64,000 nt of DNA from Candidatus Aenigmatarchaeota archaeon (GCA_039000985.1 JAWBMD010000003.1:1-64000); one strand, 5' to 3'; positions 42,389 to 51,900 are shown, numbered from the stretch's first letter. Notes: generated from the letters alone by a model not told the origin. Translations and numbers: made by a program.

Positions 42389-43995
42389 TATACTTTTATT
42401 TCTTCAACAATTTCTTTTGTTTCTTCTTTCTTTTCCTCAACTTCTTTATATTTTCCTTCCTCAATTAATTTAATAACTTTTTCGAAAATTATTTTTTCAT
42501 CTTTGTTAACTATATTGGATAAATATTCGGAAAAAACTTTTGAATAAGCTTCAAAGATACCTCTTCTTTGTCTAGCTTCTTGTAATCTTATTTTTTTGCT
42601 TAAATATAAGCCAAGCTTTCTACCAGCTTCTTGCAATGCAAGCTTTATTTCTTTTAATATTTCTGGATATTCAGCAATTGCTTGTTTACCTTCGCTTTTA
42701 TAAGGTATCCAAACAGAGATTAAATCAACAAATATAACCATTGGAGCTACGGGAAATCCTTTTTGCTGGCTTATTTTGTAATTTCTCCAATCTATTTCCT
42801 CAACAGCCCTTGTAATAACACAGTCATGTTGATTATAAAGTAAAGGAGTATGATTAGCAAATCTTATTAAAATAGAAGGATTTTCGTTACCAATAGTATT
42901 TATTAAATTACCACCATAAGCTATTGCTGCTTGTACCTGAAAAGGATTTCCTCTATAAACTGATGGTTTTCTAGTTACTGCCACAACAAACTCTGCATTA
43001 AATTCTTTTTTCAAGCTTTGTTCAATAAATTCATTTTTTAATGGAGAAAGACAATCTGTTGGTGGTGCTTTTAGTTTTAAAGATTGCAATGCTCTATATA
43101 ATTTTTCTATTTCTTTTTCACTTAATTCCTCACATTTTTTATCAATAGAAATTCTAGCTAATTTACAAGCTTTAATGGCATTATTCTTACCAACTCTTGA
43201 AAATTCTTTTGTTAAAAAAGATAAAACAGTTTTTCCAGTTGATAATTGAAGCATTCTTTTAAATCTTCCCAACTCTACTCCATAAGGATGGGGCTTTATT
43301 TCCTTAGGTAATGGTGGTAATTCATTTGTTAATCTTTCAAGCTTTATTACATTGTTGTTCGGATCTTCATAAATTATTTCAATAAATGGATTTGCAAGCC
43401 AAATATATCTTAAATAAGTTGGTATTGATTGACCTTTTTCTATATATCTCCCTTCAACAGTTAAATCCATTATTAATCCATGTTTATTACCATCAATGTT
43501 TTTAAAATTTGTTGAAATAACTTTTGGTTCATTTTTCAAAACATCTATAGTCATTTCTATATCATATCTTTTTCCTTTATAAAATGTTGATATAATAGCT
43601 GGCTTACCTGTTGTTAATTGAGCATATAAAATAGCTCCCTTAGCTCCTATGCCCTGGGTACCAACACTTTGTCTTAATCTATAAAATTTGCTACCAACTA
43701 AAAATTTTCCAAATGCAAATGGTATTTTATCTGGCGGTAGACCAGGACCATTATCTTCAACCCTAATCCTAAAGACATTTTCCGAATCCGATTTCACAGA
43801 AACTTTTATAGTTGGTAATATGCCAGCTTCCAATGCAGCATCTATTGAATTATCAACCATTTCCTTTACAACAGTTAGCAAGCTTTTAGTTGGATTTTCA
43901 TAACCAAGCAAATGTCTATTTTTTTCAAAAAATTCAGATATACTTATTTCTCTTATTTTTTCACCCATTAAATCAACAATACCATCTTGAGCCAT
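42388..43995 (-). CDS. top6B: DNA topoisomerase VI subunit B
   Basis: EMVDNSIDA, DNGPG, PHPYGV, RFANHTPLLY. Confidence 0.96.
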   Translation of the reverse strand: MAQDGIVDLMGEKIREISISEFFEKNRHLLGYENPTKSLLTVVKEMVDNSIDAALEAGILPTIKVSVKSDSENVFRIRVEDNGPGLPPDKIPFAFGKFLVGSKFYRLRQSVGTQGIGAKGAILYAQLTTGKPAIISTFYKGKRYDIEMTIDVLKNEPKVISTNFKNIDGNKHGLIMDLTVEGRYIEKGQSIPTYLRYIWLANPFIEIIYEDPNNNVIKLERLTNELPPLPKEIKPHPYGVELGRFKRMLQLSTGKTVLSFLTKEFSRVGKNNAIKACKLARISIDKKCEELSEKEIEKLYRALQSLKLKAPPTDCLSPLKNEFIEQSLKKEFNAEFVVAVTRKPSVYRGNPFQVQAAIAYGGNLINTIGNENPSILIRFANHTPLLYNQHDCVITRAVEEIDWRNYKISQQKGFPVAPMVIFVDLISVWIPYKSEGKQAIAEYPEILKEIKLALQEAGRKLGLYLSKKIRLQEARQRRGIFEAYSKVFSEYLSNIVNKDEKIIFEKVIKLIEEGKYKEVEEKKEETKEIVEEIKV

Positions 43996-44060
43996 AATAT
44001 ATTAAATTAGCTGCAAAATATATTTTACGAATATTTATTTTTGTTGATAGAATTAAATTT

Positions 44061-44732
44061 ATGAGTATAGCTAACTGGATAGGTATTTTAATAATGATAA
44101 TAGTTGTACTATATTTCTTAAAAACTGAAACAGGAAGCTATTATTTAGATTTGGTAAAAACAGCTTTAGGTTCTTTAGTGCCAAAGATTTTTAAATCAGA
44201 AGCAGCTGGCAATACAACAGTAGAAGTTTTTATGGAATCAAAAAATTCATTACAAAGCTTTAACATAGAAGTTAAAGAAACTGAACTTAGAATAACTACA
44301 GAAGCTGAAAATATGAAAAACTTAAATATAAAAATAGCTGAGATAAAAAAATTAAAAAACGGAACAATAGAGATAAATATGAGTATTAAAAAAGGTTTTC
44401 TTTTGTGGAAGGATGATGGAAGCTTGAAGTTTATTGGAAGTATTTATAAAATGAGCTTAGATGATTTATCATTTCCTTCAGATATTGGTTTCGAAGTTAA
44501 TATAGAAGCATATCCGAAAAAGTTTAGTATAGATGAAATTAAAGCAAAGGAATTAGTTTTTCTCAACTCGTTTGGTAATCTTAGTACAGAAAAAGGGATA
44601 TTAAAATTAAAAGGTGATGAACTAAGATTGAAATCATTTAGTGGTTCATTATCGTTAAACAATTTCATTAAAATAAAAGGAGTTGTTTCTAAAATGCTAA
44701 TAAATAATAAGCCTGCAGATATATTATCATGA
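44061..44732 (+). CDS. membrane-anchored hypothetical protein
   Basis: N-terminal TM, beta-rich remainder; ATGA overlap with sepF. Confidence 0.6.
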   Translation: MSIANWIGILIMIIVVLYFLKTETGSYYLDLVKTALGSLVPKIFKSEAAGNTTVEVFMESKNSLQSFNIEVKETELRITTEAENMKNLNIKIAEIKKLKNGTIEINMSIKKGFLLWKDDGSLKFIGSIYKMSLDDLSFPSDIGFEVNIEAYPKKFSIDEIKAKELVFLNSFGNLSTEKGILKLKGDELRLKSFSGSLSLNNFIKIKGVVSKMLINNKPADILS

Positions 44733-45073
44733 AGAAAATAATTGAAACAATGAAAAATCTGTTCGAAAAAATATTTTATGTTAGAGAAGAGAAGCTAGAA
44801 CTAACAGAAATAAAAGATACTTTTCAAAAATATCCATTGAAAGTAGAAAAGCTTTTGAACTATCAAGATGTAGAAAGAATAGCAAGAATTGTTAGAGATG
44901 GTAATTTAACTTTAGTAAGTGTAAAAGATTTGCAAAAGAAAGATTTGAGTGAGTTTCAGAATTCTTTAATAAAGCTGAAAAAAATAGCAAACCAATTCAA
45001 ATGGGATATGGTTGGAATAGAGGATGGTTATTTAATAATATCTCCTGGATTTGCGGTAATAGAAAGAAAATAA
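44729..45073 (+). CDS. sepF: cell division protein SepF
   Basis: DVERIARIVRDGNLTLV...LKK......DMVGI...YLIISP...IER. Confidence 0.8.
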   Translation: MKKIIETMKNLFEKIFYVREEKLELTEIKDTFQKYPLKVEKLLNYQDVERIARIVRDGNLTLVSVKDLQKKDLSEFQNSLIKLKKIANQFKWDMVGIEDGYLIISPGFAVIERK

Positions 45074-45076
45074 ACT

Positions 45077-45742
45077 TTATTTTTTATAAATTTTTATTTC
45101 ATCAAAAAAATCATTTTGAATACAATCTATTAATCCTTTCTTATCTAAATGTAAAACTGGAACAAAATAACTTACTATATTTTCAACATTCCATTCATCA
45201 ACTATTTCATCAAACAAAATAAATCCTTTATCTTTGCACAAATTAACTATTTTTTCATAAACATCATTCATTCTTTTTTCAAAATCCTTAGCTTGACCAA
45301 TTCTTATTTCTATTTGTCTTCTTCTTTCCCAAATTCTTCTTTCCTTTTTCTCTTTTAGTTCAATAACTTTTTTTAAAGCAATTATTAAATCATTCAAAGT
45401 TATAGGACCTTTTGGAATTCTTCTAATAGGGCTTTCAACATAAACTTCAATTTTTTCTACTGTTTCAACTTTTTCCTCTTTTGTTACTTCCTCCTCTTCC
45501 TTCTTTCTATCCAAATATTCCACTTTTATTCTAAGCAAAATAGAAGCAACAAAAATAACTTTAGCCGGTATTCTGAAATCCAACTCAACTACTTTATTCA
45601 AAAAATTTATAAAACCATTACAAAGTTTAACTAAATCTATATTCCATGGGTCTAAATTTTCTAAGCTAACAACATAATAAATAATTTCTTCCCAGCTTTC
45701 TTTTTTTATTATTTCACTTATTATGTTTTCTTCCAATATCAT
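45077..45742 (-). CDS. scpA: segregation/condensation kleisin ScpA
   Basis: LDPWNIDL, ASILLRIK, FVPVLHL...Q..FF.EI; follows smc. Confidence 0.92.
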   Translation of the reverse strand: MILEENIISEIIKKESWEEIIYYVVSLENLDPWNIDLVKLCNGFINFLNKVVELDFRIPAKVIFVASILLRIKVEYLDRKKEEEEVTKEEKVETVEKIEVYVESPIRRIPKGPITLNDLIIALKKVIELKEKKERRIWERRRQIEIRIGQAKDFEKRMNDVYEKIVNLCKDKGFILFDEIVDEWNVENIVSYFVPVLHLDKKGLIDCIQNDFFDEIKIYKK

Positions 45743-48700
45743 TTTGGTAATTCCAAGCTTACTATTTTTGATTCCCCATCTTCCATGCTTACTCCATATA
45801 TATAATCAGCAAACTTAAGAGCTTCTTCGTTATGCGAAATAACTATGAATTGAGAATCTTTTGAAAATTCTTTAATGACTTTCCAAATTAGTGTTGTGTT
45901 TTCTTTATCTAATGCTGCATCTATTTCATCAAACAAATAAAATAATGATGGTTTATATCTTTGAATAGCTAAAATAAAAGCTAAAGCTGTTACAGTTTTT
46001 TCTCCACCAGATAAAGAATCTATGTTAACAAGCTTTTTACCTGGAAAACTTGCTCTTATTAGTAAGCCGCTATCAATATTATCCTTTTCCTCAAGCTCAA
46101 GAGAAGCCTCCCCACCATTAATCCTTTTAAATATTTCATTAAAATTGTTACTTATTGCATTTAATGTTGAAATAAAAACTTCTTTTCTCCTTTTCTCTAT
46201 TTCATCAATCATTTTTAAAACAGCATCCCTTTCTTCACTAATTTTTTTAAATTTCAAAAAAATTTCTTCATATTCAGCTTTAAATTTCTCTAGCTCTTCT
46301 TCTGCTCTAAAATTAATGGTACCCAAGCTTTCTATCTTATTTGAAACTACTTTTATTTCATTTTCTATTTCGTTCAAACTTTTATTTACAAAAACAACAT
46401 CTTTATATTGTTGCAACTCCATTCTAACATTTTCAAAATCACTTTCTACTTTACCTTTATGAAAATTCAACTTGTTTATTTCATTTTGTAATTTGATTTT
46501 TTCTTCAATTAATTTCCTTCTTTTTTCTTTTAATGTTTCTAAAAGGATTGCAGAATTTTTTCTTAAGCTTTCTAAATTTTCCAAATCTTTACTTTCTTCT
46601 TTTGCTATTTCAAATTTAGATAATTCTTTTAAAATTTTTTCTCTTTCTTCTTTTAGTTTATTTAATTCCTCAATAGCTATTTTTCTTTTTTCAATAAGCT
46701 CATCTATATTAAACTCTTTTTTCCACGATTTTTTAACTAAATAACCACCAGTTAAAGCACCACTTCTCTCTATTAAATCACCATCTAATGTAACCATTCT
46801 AACTTCTCCAATTCCTATTTTTTCAACCGTATCTAAATCCTTAACAATTATTGTATTTCCAAATACAAATTCTATAGCATTTCTAAATTTTTCATCAAAT
46901 TTTAACAAATTGCTAGCAATACCGATATAACCATCTATGTTTTTAAATTTACTATCATCAATAACTTTACCCTTTATTTTATCTAATGGTAAAAATGTAG
47001 CTCTACCAATTTTATTATCTCTTAAATATTCTATACACAATCTAGCAATTTTAAAATCTTCAACAACTAAATCGTAATAATGATTTGCGGCAGCTATCTC
47101 TATTGCATATTCTAATTCTCTAGGAAATTTAATTAAAGAAGATATAGTACCAAAAACTCCTCTCAAATTTAATTTTAATACTGCTTTTACAGGAGAAGGA
47201 ATTTCTTCTATTTGCTTAGCTTCAGCCCTCGCTATGCTTTCATTAATGTTTTCTATTTCTCTTTCTTTAATTGTTATTTTGCTTTCTATTATACTTAAAG
47301 AATTTTGTAGTTTAATATATTCTTTTTCTTTTTCTAAGTTTTTGTAAGCGTTATAAATTTTTTCACCAATATCTTTAAGCACATTTTCATTTTTCTCTAT
47401 TTCTTGTTCTATTTTTTCACTTTCTTCTTCAATTTTCTTTTTCCTTTCTTCTAAAATATTCAAATTTTTTTCAATACTTTCTAAATTTTTTAATAAATAT
47501 TCTTCTTTTTTCTTCCAATACGATGCTTTTAAAGTAATTAGAGTTTTTTGGAGAGATTTGTAAGTATCAGCTATTTCTTTCTCTCTTTTCAATTTTTCTA
47601 AAATTTGATTTTTTTGATTAACAACAATTTCAACCTCTTTTAATTTTTGATTAACAAATTCCAAATCTTTTAGAGCTTTCTCCTTTTTTTCATTATACTC
47701 GCTTATTCCACAAATTTCATCTATTATTGCTTTTCTCTCTAAAGGATTCATTTCTATTATGTTTGCAACATCTCCTTGCAAAACTATATTATGTCCATCT
47801 GGATAAATTCTTACTGAAGATAAAACTTGTAAGATTTTTTCTCTTGTTGTAGTAATACCATTAAGTTTATAAACAGTAAATCCCTTTCTATTTACTTTTC
47901 TTGTAATTGTTATTTCTTGAGAATCTTCACCAAATATTTTATTTGAGTTATCGAAAGCTATAGAAACAGAAGCAATTTCTGCAGGTTTTTTATTTGGTGA
48001 GCCATGAAAAATTAATTCAGATAATCTATCTGCACGCAAACTTTTTGCACTAGTTCTTCCTAGAACAAAGCAAATAGCATCTATTATATTGCTATTATGA
48101 ACAATAATGTTATTAGCAATAAAATTGTGAAAATCTTTTATGCACAAATCATAAACCCATTTCTTTTTGTTTTCTTGTTTAATTTCAACGATTTCATCCC
48201 AAAATATATCAGATTTAATAAGCAAGTTAGCTAAATTTTCATCAATATCTTCTAAATTTAAATTTATATCATTACAATCTCTCAAAACAGCTATTTTTTC
48301 TCCAATCCTTAAATATTTTGATGGAATAGAAACTATTGAATTATTTCTTAAAACAAAAAATGGATGAGAATAAGTTACGGTCAATTCTTTACCACTAGCT
48401 GTTATTATTTTCAATAATTTGCAATCTATTCTTTTTATAAATGCATCTATTTTTCTTTCCTCAACTTTCAAAGTAAATGGATTTATAGAAAGAACTTTAT
48501 AATTGTTTGGATTATCTATACAGAAAACCCCATCAGATAGTTTTTTTATTTCTGAGCAGTTTTTTAAAGATTCATCAACAATTTCTTCAATAGTTTTATA
48601 TTCCCAATTAGATAAAGCTACTAATGTATTACCATCAACACATTTACCACTTCCATTTGGTCCTGTTATAATAGTTATACCTTTTTTAAATGGAATAGAT

Positions 48701-48750
48701 ATTCTTTTATTAAAGCTTTTAAATCCTTGCAATGTTAACTTTGTTATCAT
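45739..48750 (-). CDS. smc: chromosome segregation protein SMC, intein-containing, short coiled coils
   Basis: GFKSF, GPNGSGK|SN split by intein, hinge GRATFLPL, LSGGEK, DEIDAALD. Confidence 0.95.
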   Translation of the reverse strand: MITKLTLQGFKSFNKRISIPFKKGITIITGPNGSGKCVDGNTLVALSNWEYKTIEEIVDESLKNCSEIKKLSDGVFCIDNPNNYKVLSINPFTLKVEERKIDAFIKRIDCKLLKIITASGKELTVTYSHPFFVLRNNSIVSIPSKYLRIGEKIAVLRDCNDINLNLEDIDENLANLLIKSDIFWDEIVEIKQENKKKWVYDLCIKDFHNFIANNIIVHNSNIIDAICFVLGRTSAKSLRADRLSELIFHGSPNKKPAEIASVSIAFDNSNKIFGEDSQEITITRKVNRKGFTVYKLNGITTTREKILQVLSSVRIYPDGHNIVLQGDVANIIEMNPLERKAIIDEICGISEYNEKKEKALKDLEFVNQKLKEVEIVVNQKNQILEKLKREKEIADTYKSLQKTLITLKASYWKKKEEYLLKNLESIEKNLNILEERKKKIEEESEKIEQEIEKNENVLKDIGEKIYNAYKNLEKEKEYIKLQNSLSIIESKITIKEREIENINESIARAEAKQIEEIPSPVKAVLKLNLRGVFGTISSLIKFPRELEYAIEIAAANHYYDLVVEDFKIARLCIEYLRDNKIGRATFLPLDKIKGKVIDDSKFKNIDGYIGIASNLLKFDEKFRNAIEFVFGNTIIVKDLDTVEKIGIGEVRMVTLDGDLIERSGALTGGYLVKKSWKKEFNIDELIEKRKIAIEELNKLKEEREKILKELSKFEIAKEESKDLENLESLRKNSAILLETLKEKRRKLIEEKIKLQNEINKLNFHKGKVESDFENVRMELQQYKDVVFVNKSLNEIENEIKVVSNKIESLGTINFRAEEELEKFKAEYEEIFLKFKKISEERDAVLKMIDEIEKRRKEVFISTLNAISNNFNEIFKRINGGEASLELEEKDNIDSGLLIRASFPGKKLVNIDSLSGGEKTVTALAFILAIQRYKPSLFYLFDEIDAALDKENTTLIWKVIKEFSKDSQFIVISHNEEALKFADYIYGVSMEDGESKIVSLELPK
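48094..48642 (-). mobile_element. mini-intein (183 aa) in the SMC Walker A motif
   Basis: starts CVDGNT, block B TYSHPF, WDEI, VYDL, ends IVHN followed by Ser; no LAGLIDADG domain. Confidence 0.93.
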
Positions 48751-49247
48751 GAAATTTTTAAAGCACTTTTTATTTCATTAATTATGCTTTCTCCCAATTT
48801 TTTACAATCTTCAAAAAAATTTTTTCTAACATTGGAATAAAAATTGTTGTGATAAAATTTAAGTAATGTTTTATAAAAAATAGTTTTTTCTATTGGTGTA
48901 TCTAGGTAATACTCTGTAACAAGTTTAACTATTATGGAAATAGATAAATTACCTGGCTTATCAGAAGCTTTTGGTTGATCTCCATTAAATATTAATTCTA
49001 CAAAAGTAAATGTTCTTTCATCATGTTTTTTTAATATATATAACCTAATAAAAAATCCAAATTTCTCGTCGCTAGTTGCATCCCATCGAAAATCTCTTTC
49101 AAATATTTCATCATCAGAAATACCCAATTTAACTTTCAATAATTCCAAAACTTTTTTATATGCTTCAAATGGATCAGGTCCTTTATATTCTATTTTTAAT
49201 TTTGCTGTTGGTTCCATACAATCATCCTCAAACCTTATTACAGCCAT
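48747..49247 (-). CDS. hypothetical protein (paralog of 49248-49730)
   Basis: shared DxC, YxGPxP, I.ERxxRWD motifs. Confidence 0.7.
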   Translation of the reverse strand: MAVIRFEDDCMEPTAKLKIEYKGPDPFEAYKKVLELLKVKLGISDDEIFERDFRWDATSDEKFGFFIRLYILKKHDERTFTFVELIFNGDQPKASDKPGNLSISIIVKLVTEYYLDTPIEKTIFYKTLLKFYHNNFYSNVRKNFFEDCKKLGESIINEIKSALKIS

Positions 49248-49730
49248 TTAAACTCTTATATTTAAAAAGTTTTTTATGTTATTCTCCAATAAGCTAATAA
49301 TTTGTTTGCATTCATCCTTATATTTATTAATCTCTGCCTCCAAATGCCTTCTATAGACAAATCCAAATAACCCAGCTATAAAAGAAGTTTCCATAGTCGT
49401 ATTTTTTATTCTAGGGTCTATTAAGATAGATACTTTACCTTCTCTTTCAAATTCTTTGCTAGGTTTTGTTGAACCATCTATTTTTATTTCAACAAAAATG
49501 TATGTTGTTTCAGTTAAATATTTTGTAACAAAAAATGTAGAAGAAAATTTTTCTTCCATTGTGCTTCTATCCCATCTCAATTCTCTTTCCTCAATATTTT
49601 TATCTTCAACACCAAATACTCTTTTTAACATGTTTTTCATTTCAAAGTAAATATTTTCTGGTTTTGGTCCAACGTAATTTATAACTAATGGTAATGTTAA
49701 ACATGGTTCATCTATTATAATCTTAGCCAT
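49248..49730 (-). CDS. hypothetical protein (paralog of 48747-49247)
   Basis: EPC, YVGPKP, IEERELRWD. Confidence 0.7.
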   Translation of the reverse strand: MAKIIIDEPCLTLPLVINYVGPKPENIYFEMKNMLKRVFGVEDKNIEERELRWDRSTMEEKFSSTFFVTKYLTETTYIFVEIKIDGSTKPSKEFEREGKVSILIDPRIKNTTMETSFIAGLFGFVYRRHLEAEINKYKDECKQIISLLENNIKNFLNIRV

Positions 49731-49871
49731 AATTATTTTTTCTAAACTTGCAAATTTATTTTACTTCTTTTCACAAAACTTCCAATTAAGAAAAAGTTAG
49801 GAGAAATAATTTTACAAAAATTTTTGATGCCTAGATTGAGAATTTTATGGTGATCCAGCCGCACGTTCCCG

Positions 49872-49958
49872 TTGCCTGATATGTGGAAATCTCGTTTCAC
49901 CATAAATTCTTCATCGCTCAGAATCAACCCAAGCTTTCATTATTTTTTCCACATATCT
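49872..49958 (-). ncRNA. 16S intron after position 1513 (87 nt) containing a two-guide box C/D RNA
   Basis: BHB ends, 12-bp terminal stem, C/D'/C'/D boxes with two 12-nt guides antisense to 16S. Confidence 0.85.
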
Positions 49959-50260
49959 TACGGCTACCTTGTGACGACTTACCCCCCCTCGCAGAGGTTC
50001 TACTCGACTATTTCTTCAATAGCCTTGTAGAACCTCTACTCGGTTGGGTTGACGGGCAGTGTGAGCAAAGGACAGGGACGTATTCAGCGAACGTTAGTGA
50101 CGTCCGCTTACTAGGGATTCCAGCTTCACGAGGGCGAGTTACAACCCTCGATCTGAACTGAGCACGCTTTTTAGGGATTTGCTCTCCCTTTCGGGTTCGC
50201 ATCCCATTGTAGCGTGCATTGTGTCGCGCGTGTAGCCCAGCGCAATAGGGGCATACGGAC

Positions 50261-51080
50261 TTCGACCAGCTAGAGAGCATTTATTAAACTTTTCATGTCT
50301 TCAAAAATTTTATCAAAAGCTTGAAGTTCTTCGCGATTAAAACTATCTAATTTTCTCTTAGTTTCTATTAGTCCTCAAACTTTAATCATTGGAAAATTGA
50401 ATTTAATTTTGAATCCTTGAAAAGCCAATTTTTGAATTTGTTCTTTTATTTCTCTTTTTGAGAAGGAATTTATTTCTTTGCATTCTATCACTATGTTACT
50501 GTCAGGTAAGAAAAAGTCAACTATAAGATTTTCTTTGAGTGGAAAGTTAACATGGAACCCAATATTCTTCTCCGATAGCGCTTTCTCCAGTAATCTCTCT
50601 TGTGGTGCACGTCTCTTTTTGAGACTTTCTATAGCTCCTTTTCTTCTTGCTTTTTGTGCTGCATAACTTTTTCCATGTACTTTAAACCATTCGATAGCTT
50701 CCATCTGAGATTTCTAAATCTATTTATTACTTCAGATAAAATTACTACCCGCATTCTACTCTGAATTTTATTAACCAATTTTCTGCAGTTTTAAATTGCA
50801 TTGTTTTTATTTTACCTAACTCGTACTTGTTGATATTTTTGGAAGGACTTCCTACGAATTTCTCAAACTCATTTTGTGATAATCCTAATGCTAACCTTAA
50901 TATCAATAGTTTTTGAGGGTTTAACATTAGAATTTCTGGAGAAATCTCCGTAAAGTTTTTGTTTCTATCTTTACTTCTTTAAAGAGTTTTCTTATTTTAT
51001 CCTCTGGAATTATAGTTTTTGGTATATATATTATACTGATGTACGACCATTTAAATCTTACTGACCAACTCTCTAGCTGT
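50261..51080 (-). mobile_element. 16S intron after position 1197 (820 nt)
   Basis: BHB: CGGU/GUCG central helix, CAGCUAGAGAG/CUCUCUAGCUG stem; AT-rich coding interior. Confidence 0.9.
50270..51050 (-). pseudogene. fragmented intron-encoded HTH(XRE) plus PD-(D/E)xK endonuclease-like ORF
   Basis: LRLALGLSQNEF..KYELG HTH; VDFFLPDSNIVIECK; frame breaks and an in-frame TGA at 50375. Confidence 0.7.
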
Positions 51081-51179
51081 CTACCGTCGCCCACACCTTC
51101 CTCCCACTTATCGCGGGCAGTCTCCCATGAGTGCCTCCTTTCTTTCGAAAGGAGTAGCAACATGGGATGTGGGTCTCGC

Positions 51180-51211
51180 TTCAACCCTGACCAGAAATAC
51201 TCTGGTCAAGT
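51180..51211 (-). other. 16S hairpin intron after position 1105 (32 nt)
   Basis: BHB UAAC/GUUG, stem CUUGACCAGAG/UUCUGGUCAGG. Confidence 0.85.
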
Positions 51212-51214
51212 TCG

Positions 51215-51246
51215 TTAGTCTCATCAAGCTATTTTTGCTCGATGAT
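51215..51246 (-). other. 16S hairpin intron after position 1102 (32 nt)
   Basis: BHB GGUU/GACU, stem UCAUCGAGC/GCUUGAUGA. Confidence 0.85.
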
Positions 51247-51544
51247 TTAACCGACTTGACGGCACGCCTCACGGTACGAGCTGACGGTGGCCATGCACCA
51301 CCGCTCGGCTTGTCTGGTAAGCCCTTCAGACTGACCATCATCCTGCCGTCTGCGCTGGTAAGATTTCCGGTGTCGAATCCAATTGAACCGCACGACCCAC
51401 CCCTTGTGTGTCCTCCCGCCAATTCCCTTAAGTTTCATCCTTTCGGACGTACTCCCCAGGCGGCCCACTTAACACCTTCGCTCCGGCACAGGGTACTCCC
51501 AAGGAGTACCCCACACCAAGTGGGCATCGTTTACGCCCAGGACT

Positions 51545-51624
51545 TTCCCGCGCAGATGGGGAGCAGTTCATTTCTCAAAGGATTAGATATTCTTCATATA
51601 ATCAGAAGATACTCCCAACCACGC
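51545..51624 (-). ncRNA. 16S intron after position 801 (80 nt) with a C/D guide module
   Basis: BHB CCCG/CGGG; interior CUGA..AUGAAGA-AUAUCUAAUCCU-UUGA..AUGAAC. Confidence 0.85.
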
Positions 51625-51703
51625 ACCGGGGTATCTAATCCCGATCGCTCCCCTGGGTTTCGTCCCTCACCGTCCGGACTGTTCCAGGCAGCCGCCTTCG
51701 CCA

Positions 51704-51900
51704 CTCACCCAACAGAGGTCGGCTTAAAAAAGACTGTTAGGAGTTTCTCTATAAAAAATAAAAACGTTGTTTTCTTTTTTCCAAGTAAATTATTTGGCAA
51801 CTCCTCTAAAAATTGTATTTTTTTTATTGTTAGAATTTCAATAAGTCTTTTAGTCAAAGCTCGAAGCGACTATAATTATTGACCGCCAACACTCTGCTGA
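51704..51900 (-). other. 16S intron after position 722 (197 nt), AT-rich interior probably an ORF remnant
   Basis: BHB CACC/GGUG, stem CAGCAGAG/CUCUGUUG. Confidence 0.85.

Noticed and set aside
51215..51246. UUGAUGA C-box-like word in the 1102 intron
   Set aside because: It is buried in the hairpin stem with no guide or free D box
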